Source: Mobula birostris (Eukaryota). From it: a stretch of DNA of 64,000 bases. The DNA is taken from positions 132,004,766 through 132,068,765 of the forward strand of contig NC_092371.1 in assembly GCF_030028105.1 (NCBI RefSeq), in the 5' to 3' direction. Within the stretch, counting starts at the first letter, position 1, and each line of letters opens with the position of its first letter. The translations under genes were made by a program, and so were the position numbers. Of this stretch, positions 1 through 11,523 are shown in pieces. The notes under the pieces were generated by a model that saw only the letters and a program-made list of their open reading frames with translations, did not search any database and was not told the origin of the DNA.

Positions 1-928
1 TAACGTCCGATTGCGGAAAATTAAATAATCCCTCCCTTCCCCAGAGATAGTCTCCCACCTCTCGTCCTCTATCTCCAAGCTCCATTTTCTGCCCCTTCCT
101 TCGGCGAGGAACTCCGAGAAGACGGCAGCAATGCGGGAAGCAGGTAGGAGGTAGGACCTGCGGGTTCCAACAGGACTTTTGTTCCGGCACCGCACCCTCC
201 CCTTCAGGGTGAGGCTCCAGACCTCAGGATCCTGAGAAGGGCGGAGCCCGGAATCGGTGACAGGCTGTTAGGGCTCCGAGAGGCGAGACCCTCCGACAGC
301 GCACAATGAGGACAGAGAAGGGGAGAAACAGCCGGCAGGGGGGACAGTGAGACTGAGAGAAAATGTGGGGGTAGAGCGTGTCAGGACTGGGGTCAATAGG
401 CTGACCATACCTGCTAACTAGACTGCCTCTCTGTCTGGTTAGCTCAATATGTTCTTGCATTAAACTATTTTACCCATTCATCTTCCGCTTTATGCGGATT
501 TTAATTCCCGTCATCGAGGAATCTAATCGAACATCATTAGCGAGGAACCCCTGCCTCTTTCCCCTCCAGCTGAGCAGGAACGATGGGCATTGGTCGAGAC
601 CACCAAGTGTTGGTGGTGTGTAGGAATGCTGGGCTACTTTGCAGTTTTGCTGGTGTACCCGAGTGCAGATGGGTGATCACCCTGACACACGTACAGTATT
701 GGGGTAGTCGTCCACAGGAGTCCGTGGGCTGCATGCTGCTGCTGCTGCTGCTCGAGTGGGGGCAGTAACCATGCTGGGAGTTCTTGCTTCCCATATCCAC
801 AATGCAGAAATACTCAGCACTGTGATTCTTACAAGCTGCAATGTAAACCCCGAAACAGAACCCCCTCAATATTACCACTCAAGGTATTCTGGCACTTCCG
901 CCATAATTTCTGCTTGTTTTGTTACATC

Positions 929-1135
929 GTCACTCACAACACGCTGGAGGAACTCAGCAGGTCGGGCAGCATCCGTGGAAAGGATCAGTCAACGTTTCGG
1001 GCCGGAACCCTTCGTCAGGACCGGCCCGAAACGTTGACTGGTGGTTCCTACGGATGCTGCCCGACCTGCTGAGTTCCTCCAGCGTGTTGTGAGTGTTGCT
1101 TTGACCCCAGCATCTAGAGTATTTTGTGTTTACGA
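929..1135. mobile_element. Palindromic Penelope-terminus-derived mini-element with TSD
   Basis: Near-perfect inverted repeat 931-1095, flanked by duplicated tttgttacatc (918-928 and 1136-1146). Sequence resembles the ends of the element at 26980-29467. Confidence 0.8.
987..1022 (-). ncRNA. Minimal type I hammerhead ribozyme motif
   Basis: Minus strand reads GGUC-CUGACGA-A-GGGUUCCGGCCC-GAAA-CG-UU-GACU: intact core, stem I, stem II and palindromic stem III. Confidence 0.7.
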
Positions 1136-2280
1136 TTTGTTACATCATCTCCTCCATAAGGGCCAGTAGATGGGGACAGAGGACCATTGTCTTGACAGAG
1201 GGGACTGCATTGCCCAGGGATACCTGATCCACAGGCATTTAGACCGATCATTGTTTCTTTCTCTGAATGTCCCCTCCCTCCCCAGATGTAGTGGGCTTCC
1301 TTTGCACAAAGAGACGTTTGAAGGAAAAAGTTACAACAGCAGAGATAACAGGAACGTCACACAAACTCAGCTGCCAAGTCATTTATTTCCTCAGTCTAAC
1401 AGTCCTCCAAGTTTGATCAGTGATTTAATTATAAAGATTTGAGATTCCCTTGCTACTCCTTACATACAGGTCTCCTGTCCCCCTTTCTTTCTCTCACCCT
1501 TGTACCAGAGGTAGTCAGGAAGCCAGGTGTAGACCACAGGCAAAGCTCAGTCACAGTGATCCAGAAAGGGGGCTGGGATTAACCTGTCCTTTGATTCCAA
1601 GGAATACACAGACACATTGGAGAGTACTGCCCAGATATTATTGTTAGAGAGCCAGTATCTAGACACCCGAAATTGTGTTGAAATTCCATGACGGCAGCTG
1701 AGGGGGTTTTTGAGCCCGAATGATTAAAAGGTGGACTCATAAGCTGCGTGGAGAGGGGAAGGCTGCTGCATAGGCAACAGCTTGCTCTCTATATGGTACT
1801 GCCCTGGCTTGCACATACAGCTAGTACACAATATCCATGGTTGATTTCAACAAATGGAGGGCCTCCAGATTAAATCTGGAATTAAGCAGCTGGAATCAGA
1901 AATGAAATGGCCAGTTGTTTACCTCCTTGAATACATTCTCTGTCCCACTCTAAGAGGTACTTCAGTGGCAGTGAAGCTATGCCTGATTTAGGCAGCAAGT
2001 ACTGGCCTCTAGATGAGATCAATGAGCCATTGGAGAGTCACTGCTAAATGTGGGACATTGACCCATTGGTAGTTAGAAGGGGGCCTGGTCAAACACTGGA
2101 CAGCAAACCCCAGTGTCACCAGATGCCAGCTTGGCTGAGAGCAGACCCAGGTTAAATCAAACTACAAGCAGTCTTTGACCAATACAGCCCACTCTGGGCA
2201 TCCTCTCCACAGACAGGCCTGCCTGCTCCAGAGCTGCTGGCTTAATGTACTCCATTAGAACACTGTTCAATGTATAAATA

Positions 2281-2286
2281 TTTATT
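2281..2286 (-). terminator. Candidate BROX polyadenylation signal (AATAAA), implying a ~2-kb 3' UTR
   Basis: tttatt on the plus strand in an AT-rich context downstream of the stop codon; not unique, no transcript evidence. Confidence 0.3.
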
Positions 2287-3149
2287 TTTTCTCATCAACA
2301 TAAATCATTTAACTGTAGAGCAGCAGAGATTACATGATAAACAGGTATCTTAACAAGAAGCAGGAATAATATTACAATCAAACTAATATTCACACTCTCA
2401 TTCATTCACAGAATTATACAATTCCCCAGAAAGATTAATAGACTTTATGGCTGAATTTACATGTTTAATGATCTACAGATTTGCTATTGTCTCATTGTGA
2501 AGGTGTTTAAGGACTGGGGTGATCTCTACCTACACTGACTGCATTCACCACTGGAGCCTGCTGGGGATGAACCCACCACATTCAGACTGGCCTAGGTCTA
2601 CAATACAGCTTTGAAACAGCACTGTATCGAGTATCCAGGATTTCAGTTGTTACCCCTCTTCTGTTCACAAGCCATTATCTCAATCGCTCCTAGATCCATT
2701 CATTCCAAGCATCAAACCTCCTGCAACGCCATGGACAAGCACAGGCTTGGGATCGTGGAAAGAGCCTCACCAGCCTATCCAACTGTAGATAGTCACACAG
2801 AGAACTTTCATCCATCAGCTTGTACAGCAGTGAGCAGCCACTAGGAGACACCCTCCTTGATCACAAGCCCCAGTTTGGCTGAAATATCAGTGTGATTGAA
2901 GGCTGGGACCAGGGATAGAAGCTGGCTGTAAGGCAAGGAGCTAGTCTGGCTTTGGGCCTTGCTTTCCATCCCATTCAAGGAAAAATCTGACAATTAATCC
3001 CAACTCAAGATATTGAGATTTAAGTGCATTAACTTTAAGTATGGTTACAGCAGTACATAGGTATATCACACATCATGGTTCTTCCTTCAAAAGAGTTGGA
3101 GATTCATCAATTACAACCCCTGCCCCCGATTTACCCTCACCTACACATA

Positions 3150-3305
3150 AGGGGTCATTTATAGTGCCAATTAATCTCGCCACCTGCACATCTTTGAGGT
3201 GTGGCCAGAAACTGATGGAGAATATGTAAACCCCACACAGACAGCACTGGAGGTGAGGATTGAACCTGGTCTCTGGCACTGAGGCAGTGGCTTTAACAGC
3301 TACGT
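3150..3305 (-). mobile_element. tRNA-derived SINE (HE1/V-SINE-like), degenerate
   Basis: Reverse complement shows a B-box-like ggttcaatcc and V-domain-like sequence. Confidence 0.55.
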
Positions 3306-4249
3306 AATTTCCTTGTATTCTTTTCTGATTCACTGGCTGATTTTATATCATTAACAACACTGAAGTGTTCTGGAGGCAGTTGGAAAACTTAACTATTACA
3401 GGGTTAGTGTTAGAATTAGTGGGTGGTCTGATTTAGGAGTAAATTGAAAATGAAGGCAGTCTTTGTATGGAAAGAGTCTTTGTATCATGGTCTTGAAACA
3501 CTGCACACAGGCAGTGCCACATTGCCAATGGAACAAGATATTACAAGCAGCTCAGCTGACAAGTAGGGAAGCCTCCAGGAACTTTGACTGCCACCATTGA
3601 GCATGTCAGAATTCAATATACTGGGCTTCTGTTCTAGCCCAGGTTTGGTCAGAATGAACAGAGTAACCTCCGTGTGTGTGGCTCGTGGGGAAAAGACAGA
3701 CTAATCAAACTGCTGCTGGGAAAGTAAAGCGTGGAGGGCCTGGGGAATACAGACGCCCCTCTCACTCTTGGCCCCACCCAGACTACTGGAAGAAAAAAAA
3801 GCTTCAGATGTGTGACCGAAATTAAATAAGTAGGAATGTTTGTCAAGTGCTCTGGGATGATCCAGTTCGGGTGTTTAAAGTCAGTTACTGCAAACCAATA
3901 GGTAAATGGGAAAATGACTACAGTTTACATCAGGTCCTGAATACTAATCTCTCACTTTCCCAGGATGAGCAGAAGAGTGCTTGCAGACAGGGCAACACTG
4001 ACCAGAGGGTAACCGCTTCTCGTTCCAGTATCCGAGACAGCAGGATGACACAATGCAAGCAGCCACTTGGTTACTTGCAATGTACCTTAAGTTTCATTGC
4101 AAAGAGCACTCAGTGAATGGGGCATAAAAAAAGAAAAAACAGACTGTGTTTCAGTTCTTGGCTGTTGCAAAAAAGTCCTTTCTGAAGATAGATCTGCACT
4201 CAATGCAGAGGAGACCATGCAGTTGAGTCAGTTCCCGCTGCTTGTCTCT

Positions 4250-4333
4250 TTATGAAACAGAGCAGCCAGTGTCTTTCTGGGGTTTCAGGTCTGGCTCCTT
4301 CATTGGCTTCACCTCTTCCTCCTTCACTTTGGC
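4250..4333 (-). CDS. BROX: BROX last coding exon (84 nt incl. TAA): [27 protein letters not shown]
   Basis: tttcCAG acceptor and TAA stop at 4252-4250. Ends in a CAAX motif. The 12 exons sum to 1233 nt with no frame break. Confidence 0.95.
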   Translation of the reverse strand, partial: AKVKEEEVKPMKEPDLKPQKDTGCSVS

Positions 4334-4499
4334 CTGGAAAGGAGATGAACACAACATCCAGTCACATATTAAGCAACTGAGAAGTTAAAGAATAGTGGTG
4401 CTGGCTAGTAGAGGACTGCCACACTGATAGGCACTTAGTAAAGGTGCTATTCAGAAAACACCTCTGCACAAGATGAACTTACTGTATACAGATATGGAA

Positions 4500-4975
4500 C
4501 TGTGTTGTGAAAAACATACAAAACACTGCACTTGGAGTATCGTGTATGCCACACAAGAGGACTAACAAGGTGGCATTACAAAAAGAGTGCAGAAATTTAT
4601 CAGGATGCTGCGTGGAAGGGAAGACCTCACATACAAGGAGAGTTGGATAGGCTACGTTTATTCTCACTGGAAATTAGGACACTGCAGGGTATTGTTATGG
4701 AAGTTTATAAGATCACAAGTGGCATAGATAGGGTGGGTGCTTTTTCCTAGGGTAGGGCTATCTAAAACTAGAGACCACAGGTTTAAGATGAGAGGAGAGA
4801 GATTTAAAAGGAATTTGAGGGGCAACTTTTTCCTCCACACAGAGATACATGGAAGTGGTGGAGGCAGGTACAATATTTTTTAAAGCATCTGGATAGGAAA
4901 GCTTAGAGGGGTATGGGGCTAATGTGGGCAAATGGGATTAACAAGCTTGGTCACAGAGCTTGCTTCTGTGCTGTA
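4500..4975 (+). mobile_element. CR1 LINE 3' fragment
   Basis: Degenerate RLGLFSLE/VYKI and the 'accacaggtttaagatgagagg' CR1 C-terminal signature. Confidence 0.65.
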
Positions 4976-5229
4976 TAGCCAAAGTTAACTGTAATTTTCC
5001 AAAATGCAAACAGGTCTTCATGAGGTCAGACAGCATCTGTGAAAGGAAAAACAGATTAAACTTTATCTTGGTTCCTCTTTCCACAGATGCTGCCCAGTCT
5101 GCTGAATTCTTAGCACCTGCAGCTTTGTTTTTCAGTGTGGGCCAATCCCAGGTTAGAATTGGAAATCAGTGGGAGTCTCAGCCACTCACAACCCATGTCA
5201 CAGACTGAGAGGATAGCTTTGTAATCTAA

Positions 5230-6070
5230 GTTTGCCAATAATATGAAGGTAGGTGGATATGTAACATGCACAAAAACCATAAATAATCTACAAAGGGATT
5301 TAAAAGGTTAAGTCAGTGGAGGTTAGGTCCACTATGGCAGCTGGTCTACAAGGTGGATAAATGTGGTAATCCAACTTTTGGGGTAAGAATATATAGGATT
5401 TTTTATCTGCTACAGCAGGACTCAGGATAGACACATGATCAGTTGAATTGTCTGTGTCTGTGCTACTGTTTAAATAGTGTGATGTTCTAAAAGGAATACA
5501 AGATCAGCACACAGCTTTATCAATTAAAAAGGTATTTGGAACATTGGCCTTTAAACGCAAAAGGGGGTGGAATTCCGTGCAAAGGTCTTGCCATGTCTGA
5601 GACTACAAATGGAGCACTTGAGGATTTGGTCTCCTCAATAAAGATGTGATTGGGGAGAGTAGTTCTGAAACAGTTTACTCAGACAATTCCAGAGATAGAT
5701 GATTGACATGGAGAAATGTTGGGCACAGCATCACTGGTGTTTAGAAGAATTAGAGATGACCTAATTGAAGTGAAGAAGAGTCTAACAAGGTGAATGATGG
5801 TAGTGGAGTGGTATTCCCATAAAGTGATCACTCACTTAAGGAAGGAGGAACTTTTTTTTTCCTCTCTGAGGATTATGACTCTTAGAATTTCTGCCTCACA
5901 TGGACGTGGGATCATTAACGGACTCCGGGTGAAGATAGATTTTGGGAAAAGGGGAGTTGAGGGTTCAGAAGAATGGACAGGAAAGAGGGGCTGAAATCAG
6001 AATCCGATCTCAGGTCAGCCATGATCTTTACTGAATGGTGAAGCAGGCGAGGGCCTCAATCTAATATTCC
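5230..6070 (+). mobile_element. Old CR1 LINE 3' fragment
   Basis: Degenerate CR1 RT C-terminus and 3' UTR (tcagccatgatct...gaatgg). Confidence 0.55.
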
Positions 6071-6138
6071 TGACATTCCCAGAGGGAAGAGAAGCAGAGT
6101 TAGACTCAGAAATCACCAGAAGAGATGTTTTCTCCTAC

Positions 6139-6298
6139 CTTGTCATCCTTGGGGCCCCTTGTGATGTCGAATGCAGCATACAATTCCTGGTTCCATGCAG
6201 CTCCCAGTGCTGGGAGCTCAAATATCTGAGGTTCCACCAAGCCATAGCTTGCCTTCAATTCCAGCTGTGGAGCCTCTGGAGGAACTTTCTGGAAATAG
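6139..6298 (-). CDS. BROX: BROX coding exon 11 (160 nt): [53 protein letters not shown]
   Basis: AG/GT boundaries; phase-compatible; matches the BROX C-terminal region. Confidence 0.95.
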
Positions 6299-7538
6299 CT
6301 TGAGAAGGACAAAAAACAGGCAGTGCATTGACCAAAATGCTTCTTGGATGAAATCTTTCAGATTGCCATGATCAGGCACATCAATATTGAATTCAAGCAC
6401 ACTCCAGTCCCACATATCATCCTGCTGGTTTAAAGCAGTGTTTAGGAGCTTGAAGTAAGGCTCATTTTCCTATTTTGACTACAACTTCTGGCCTGACCGA
6501 GACCAGGGGGTGTCTGCACTCCAATTCAAACTTTAATGGTTTGCTGCACCTTACCCATTTACCCAGTGGCCCTCAGCAGAGCACCTGCTGCTGATCCAGG
6601 TGAACCTACTCACAGAAGGTCTGCACAGTTGCAGCTTCCTGGGCTCTCGAAGCATGACAACGTCAGCTTAAACAGAGACTGGCAAAACACATTTAGGGTT
6701 GCCTTTCAATGAGACACAGTCTAACATGTGATTTGGTCCCCGTTGCAAATAATACCTTTAAAGAGCAATAACCATAAAGCAGAGACTTGTACAAGGGATT
6801 CTGAGGAAGGATGTTCTCACTCGGGTGGCTGGAATCTGGAACACATTGAGGCAGAGACTCTCAAGGCATCTAAGTACAGTATCTAAACAAGCACCTGAAT
6901 CACAAAGGCACAGAAGCCACAAACCCAGTCCTGCAGACATTTGATACAGATGTGATGGGTCAAAAGGCCTGTTTCTGTGCAGTATGAATCCACGACTAAC
7001 AATCTCACATAGATTTTCAGACTTCAAGCAATTTTGCAGAAGGTGATTCCAAACTACTACAACCCTTAGTATTTAGAAATATTTCTTAGCACCAAGGCCA
7101 GTTCCTGGTCCTTGGATCCTTAATGAATAGGAATATCTCTTCATCTTCTGTCTTGCAAACTCCTTCAAATTCCCTCCAGTACTGTGGTGAGTACAATTCC
7201 AGTTTGTGGTACTTCTGCTCAGGACTTAACCCTTGGAGACCAAGAACCCGATGGGTAGGGTGAAGTCCTGGATACACCAACTGGAATCCAGATCAAACTC
7301 TACCACATGGTTTGTAATCTGACTCAGTTACCAAATGGTATCATCTTATATTTTATAAGTTCTATATGACTCTATGTTAACATAAAAATTGCCTCAAGCA
7401 CCAATTTCCTTTTGTGAGTCTAGTCCCACACCAACTTGGTGACTTTTCATTGCCCCCTTAAGACAGGTAAGACAGTCATCTTCCTCACAGCCGGGGAAGG
7501 AATGATCAATGAATGCTCACATTGCAAAAGACACTTAC

Positions 7539-7689
7539 ATGAACCCATTCTCTCTCTGACACTTTTCCAAGGTGTTCCTGACGTATGTTCCCAGCTTCCT
7601 GAAGAACAAGTGTTCTGATGGTTTGGCAGTAGATCCTGGCCCCTTTGTCTGTCCATACTCCTTACACAAGGTCTCTGCCTTGGAGTAGT
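7539..7689 (-). CDS. BROX: BROX coding exon 10 (151 nt): [49 protein letters not shown]
   Basis: CAG/GTAAGT boundaries; the RENGF+IY motif is the BRO1 signature. Confidence 0.96.
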
Positions 7690-7964
7690 CTGCAGGTTTG
7701 AAAGAGTAGATGGAAATTAAGACCAGGAAACAAACAAAATCTCTACCACATTAATCCATGTGGAAAAGGTCACTACCACTTTGTCATAAAACTAATGTGT
7801 CCTCTGGGTGGGGTGGGGGGGAGGGAGACTACATTTTGGCTATTAAGCCCCTTACAAGTTTGTTGTAGAACAATCCAGTCAGTTCCATACCCCGTAATTC
7901 TGAAGGAAAACAACTTTTAAATGTCTATCCAATCCCCTTTGGAAAATTCTAAGTGATTCTATAT

Positions 7965-8550
7965 CCTCATAGATTCAGAGATTTACAGCATGGAAATAAG
8001 TCCCTCAGCCCAATTTGTTCATGAAACCTTGGTGCCCAGCAAGCTAATCTCATTTGCCCACATTTGGCCCATATCCCTCCAAGTCTTTCCTATCCATGTA
8101 CCTGTTTCAGTACATTATAAACATTAATGTACGTGCCTCAACCACTTCCTAGGACCACCCTCTAGGTGGCAAAGTTGGCCTTCAAGTTCCAATTAAATCT
8201 CTCCTCTATCTCACATTAAACCCCTGCCCCCTCATTCTCGATTCGCCAACCCTGGGAAAACACTGAGAACATTCATTCTATCTATGCCCCTCCATTTTAT
8301 ATACCTTTGTATAATCACTCATTTTCTTACACTTCAGTGAAGAAAGTCTTAAGTCCACTTAACCTCTCTCCATAACTCAGTCCCTCAAATCCCAGCAACA
8401 TTCTCATGAAATCTCCTCGGCTCTCCTTCCAGTTTAACAGCATCTTTCCAAGAGCAGAATGACCAAAACTCAACACAGTATGACTAATGTGGCCTCATCA
8501 AATGCAAAATAAAATCCCAACTTCTGTACTCAGTGCCCTGACTGATGATA
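7965..8550 (-). mobile_element. CR1 LINE 3' fragment
   Basis: Reverse complement of the CR1 3' end seen elsewhere in the window. Confidence 0.6.
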
Positions 8551-8888
8551 TAGAGCAAGCTCCAGATTAAAATCGTATGAGCTATCCCTCATTTACTTTG
8601 AGGCTGTTAAGAATCAGACAGAACAGATAGGAGCCCTTATAGGGCCATAAAGTACCCATTTAGAGAGATTCAGCAAGGAAACAGACACCTCAGCCCACTG
8701 ATTGCACAGAGGCTAGAGAACCTTCAAGTGCAGAATGCTGTCAGGACAATGATTTATTTATTTAGAGACCACACAGAATAGGTCCTTCTGGCCTTCATGT
8801 CAGATACTTGGAGAAATAGTTGGGAACAGTGCACCAGAATGCAATGGAAGTGCAGTTGTTAAGTACACTCAAGGCAAAGATCAACTGA

Positions 8889-9570
8889 GGGAGGAGAAGA
8901 TGGTGGTGTGACGCAGCTCGCAGTGGCCACTCCGGTGAAATGATGTCTGTTATTTGTCAAGTAGGGTGCCGTGCACAATCCTGATTTGATGGAGACGGAC
9001 GTGAGAGCACGGAGGAACATCTGGTGAAACTTCTGAAATGCCTGCTTCGCTGCTGCTGCTACTGTGTGGTCCAGAATCTCCGGAGGGGAAGGCCCCGAGT
9101 CCTCAGCTTTGCTTGTTGCTCGGCAGCCGAGGCGGGGTCAAAGCACTCAGCAGAGGATGGTGCTCGGAGAGGTTGTGTCGGAGGGGCTGGTCGGAGGCTC
9201 AAGGTTTTTGGACGGACTCAGAGTCCGCTGCGGTCGGGTGCTTCCAATGGTGCTGCATCAGCAAGTTTGCGGCACTTGGAGGTTCGTGGCAGGGAGAGTT
9301 TCTCCCTTCTGCCACCTGCATAAGATGATGAGGCTATCGGGACTTTGAGACTTTTTTTTTACCGTGCCCATGGTCTGCTCTTTATCGAATTATGTTATTG
9401 CTTTTCACTGTTGTAACTATATGCTAGAATTATGTGGTTTTGTACGTTTTAGTCTTGGTTTGTCCTGTGTTTTCTTGTGATATCATTCCGGAGGAACGTT
9501 GTATCATTTTTTAATGCATGCATTTCTAAATGACAATAAATGAGGACTAAGTGTCCTTATAATCTAATCT
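8889..9570 (+). mobile_element. Non-autonomous LINE-tailed retroelement (GC-rich body, 3' stem-loop plus (AATCT)n tail)
   Basis: Starts GGGAGGAGAAGATGG and ends aataaa-gaggac..gtcc-(aatct)n. Interrupts a CR1 fragment with an aactga/aattga duplication. The same tail recurs at 34071-34127. Confidence 0.6.
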
Positions 9571-9619
9571 AATTGATTTTTAGATTGTGATGAATCTAGC
9601 GACATGGGAACTAGGTAAA

Positions 9620-9940
9620 TTTTATGTGGAGAGGGTATTTTCATTAGTGGGAAACTTTAGTATCCAAGGTCACCTCCTCAGAATAAAAGGATGCTTCTTT
9701 AAAATTGAGATGAGTAGGAATTTCTTTAGCCAGAGGGTGGTGAATCTTTCAAATTGGTTGCCACAAGTCATTTGGTTTATTTATGACAGAGAATGACAGG
9801 TTCTTAATTAGTAAAGGGGTTAAGGGTTATGGGGAAAAGGAAAACAGAAGAATGGAGTTGAAAAATAAAATCAGCGATAATTGAATGGTGGATCAAACTT
9901 GATGGGCCATTTCCTTCCCCATATCTTATGGTCTTAGGTG
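9620..9940 (+). mobile_element. CR1 LINE 3' fragment
   Basis: GHxLRI..FFSQRVVNLW motif in the ORF at 9587-9796. Confidence 0.65.
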
Positions 9941-10452
9941 GGAAAGGAGAGAGATTAACCATAATTCTATTGAATGGTAGTGAGGCTCAAGGGGTGGTGT
10001 GCTCTTTTAAGGTGACTAATTTGACCATGGCTGGTTATCCCTACAGGGAAGCTTCAGGCTAATAGACATCTTAGGCTGCCAATGGAACAAGACTAAGACC
10101 CAAAACATTGACAATTCTTTCCCCCTCCACAACACTGCTTGACCTGCTGAGTTCCTCTGGCAGATTGTTATTTGCTCAGGAGTCCAACATCTGCAGTCTT
10201 ATGTCCCCCTTGAACAGATGCCACTTTAAACATCTCGCCTGCAATGTCTAAAAGCATATTACATGCCGAGAATTGCCTTCCATAGCACCAGACACCAGCT
10301 GTTCAAGGAAGCACCTGCCACACTCTCTTGTTTAGAGGTGTTTTTGCACTGGTGACTCCTGCGACTGACACAAAAGGGATTTCCATCACCACATGTAATC
10401 TGGGTGACCAAGCCACCAGAAATGGCAGGCAGTAATGACTCAGTGTACTCAC

Positions 10453-10534
10453 ACTTTTCTGCTTCTTGTAGAGATCGGATGGCTTCCCCACATTTATCAC
10501 TGGCTAGCAAGGTCTGGCCATGGTAACAGTATGC
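10453..10534 (-). CDS. BROX: BROX coding exon 9 (82 nt): [27 protein letters not shown]
   Basis: CAG/GTGAGT boundaries; peptide matches BROX. Confidence 0.96.
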
Positions 10535-11523
10535 CTGCAAGGGAAAACACACATTACAGTCAGGACACTGAATCTTCACCCTCTCCCCCTCTCCAACATC
10601 AAATGGTTATCAGGACCAAAATTAGCTTGAGCCAAAAGAATCCCAAGCTCACCCAACATCACAACATCCATCCCTAGGCAGTAGCTTCAACTCCTATCAT
10701 TATCCATTGACTGCATTATTTTTGTTCTAAAGTGTTACAGCTTTAAGTTCTCAAAGTAAGTTTATTTATAAACTATATATACATGAAAAGCATCAGTGCA
10801 CATCTCTTTACGTTACTTGTGCCATTAACTCAACACATTCTCTCTACAATGCACCAAAACCACTCCCATTTCCTGTTTGAGCTATGGTGAAATGTTTGAG
10901 AGATCGTTACACAGTGTTCAGTGCCTCGCCTCTGTGTCCATTTGATCAGGACCCTATAGGCTGTGCTTCCCAACAGAATCATTTCTGTGGCTACTGAGCT
11001 TCAGAACATCCCTCAGCACTTATTCATGGATCCCTGAATGTGCCAGTCAGCAACATTCCCTTACAGATATCTTGTTACACTTGAAGACCAACATACTGTA
11101 TTTTGGACAGACCAAAGTGAATCACTCCTGCAGCACCTGATACTTGCCTTAAAACTGTCTGTAGATCAGAGACCTCTGTTTGCGACTACTTGGGATGAAT
11201 TTTGATAAGTTCCGGAATTATTTGGCAAAAACATAGTCCACATAGTTATGGAAGGTAATCTCATCCTCACTGGAGTCATATGGGGGGCAAGGTACTTGAA
11301 CATTGCAACTGGACTGGACAGGACTCCAATCTGGAACAATACAGCAATATTTCCCCTTGTATGCCATTGCTTAAGAATGCCTCCCACAGCTGTGATGGGG
11401 GAATAATTATTTCAGTTTGCAAACTGAAAGAAAATATATGAAAGAAACAGCAGAAAATAAGGCCAGGGACATCACTCAGATACTCCACCCTTCCCCCCCC
11501 CACCCCTCAGCACTTGGTTCTTT

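Noticed and set aside
537-878. 113-aa minus-strand ORF with a poly-Ser run from a (GCT)6 microsatellite
   Set aside because: No recognisable similarity to FAM177B, DISP1 or other proteins I can recall; non-ATG start; probably incidental.
9024-9348. Three overlapping ~95-aa ORFs
   Set aside because: GC-rich interior of a non-autonomous repeat; no recognisable domain.
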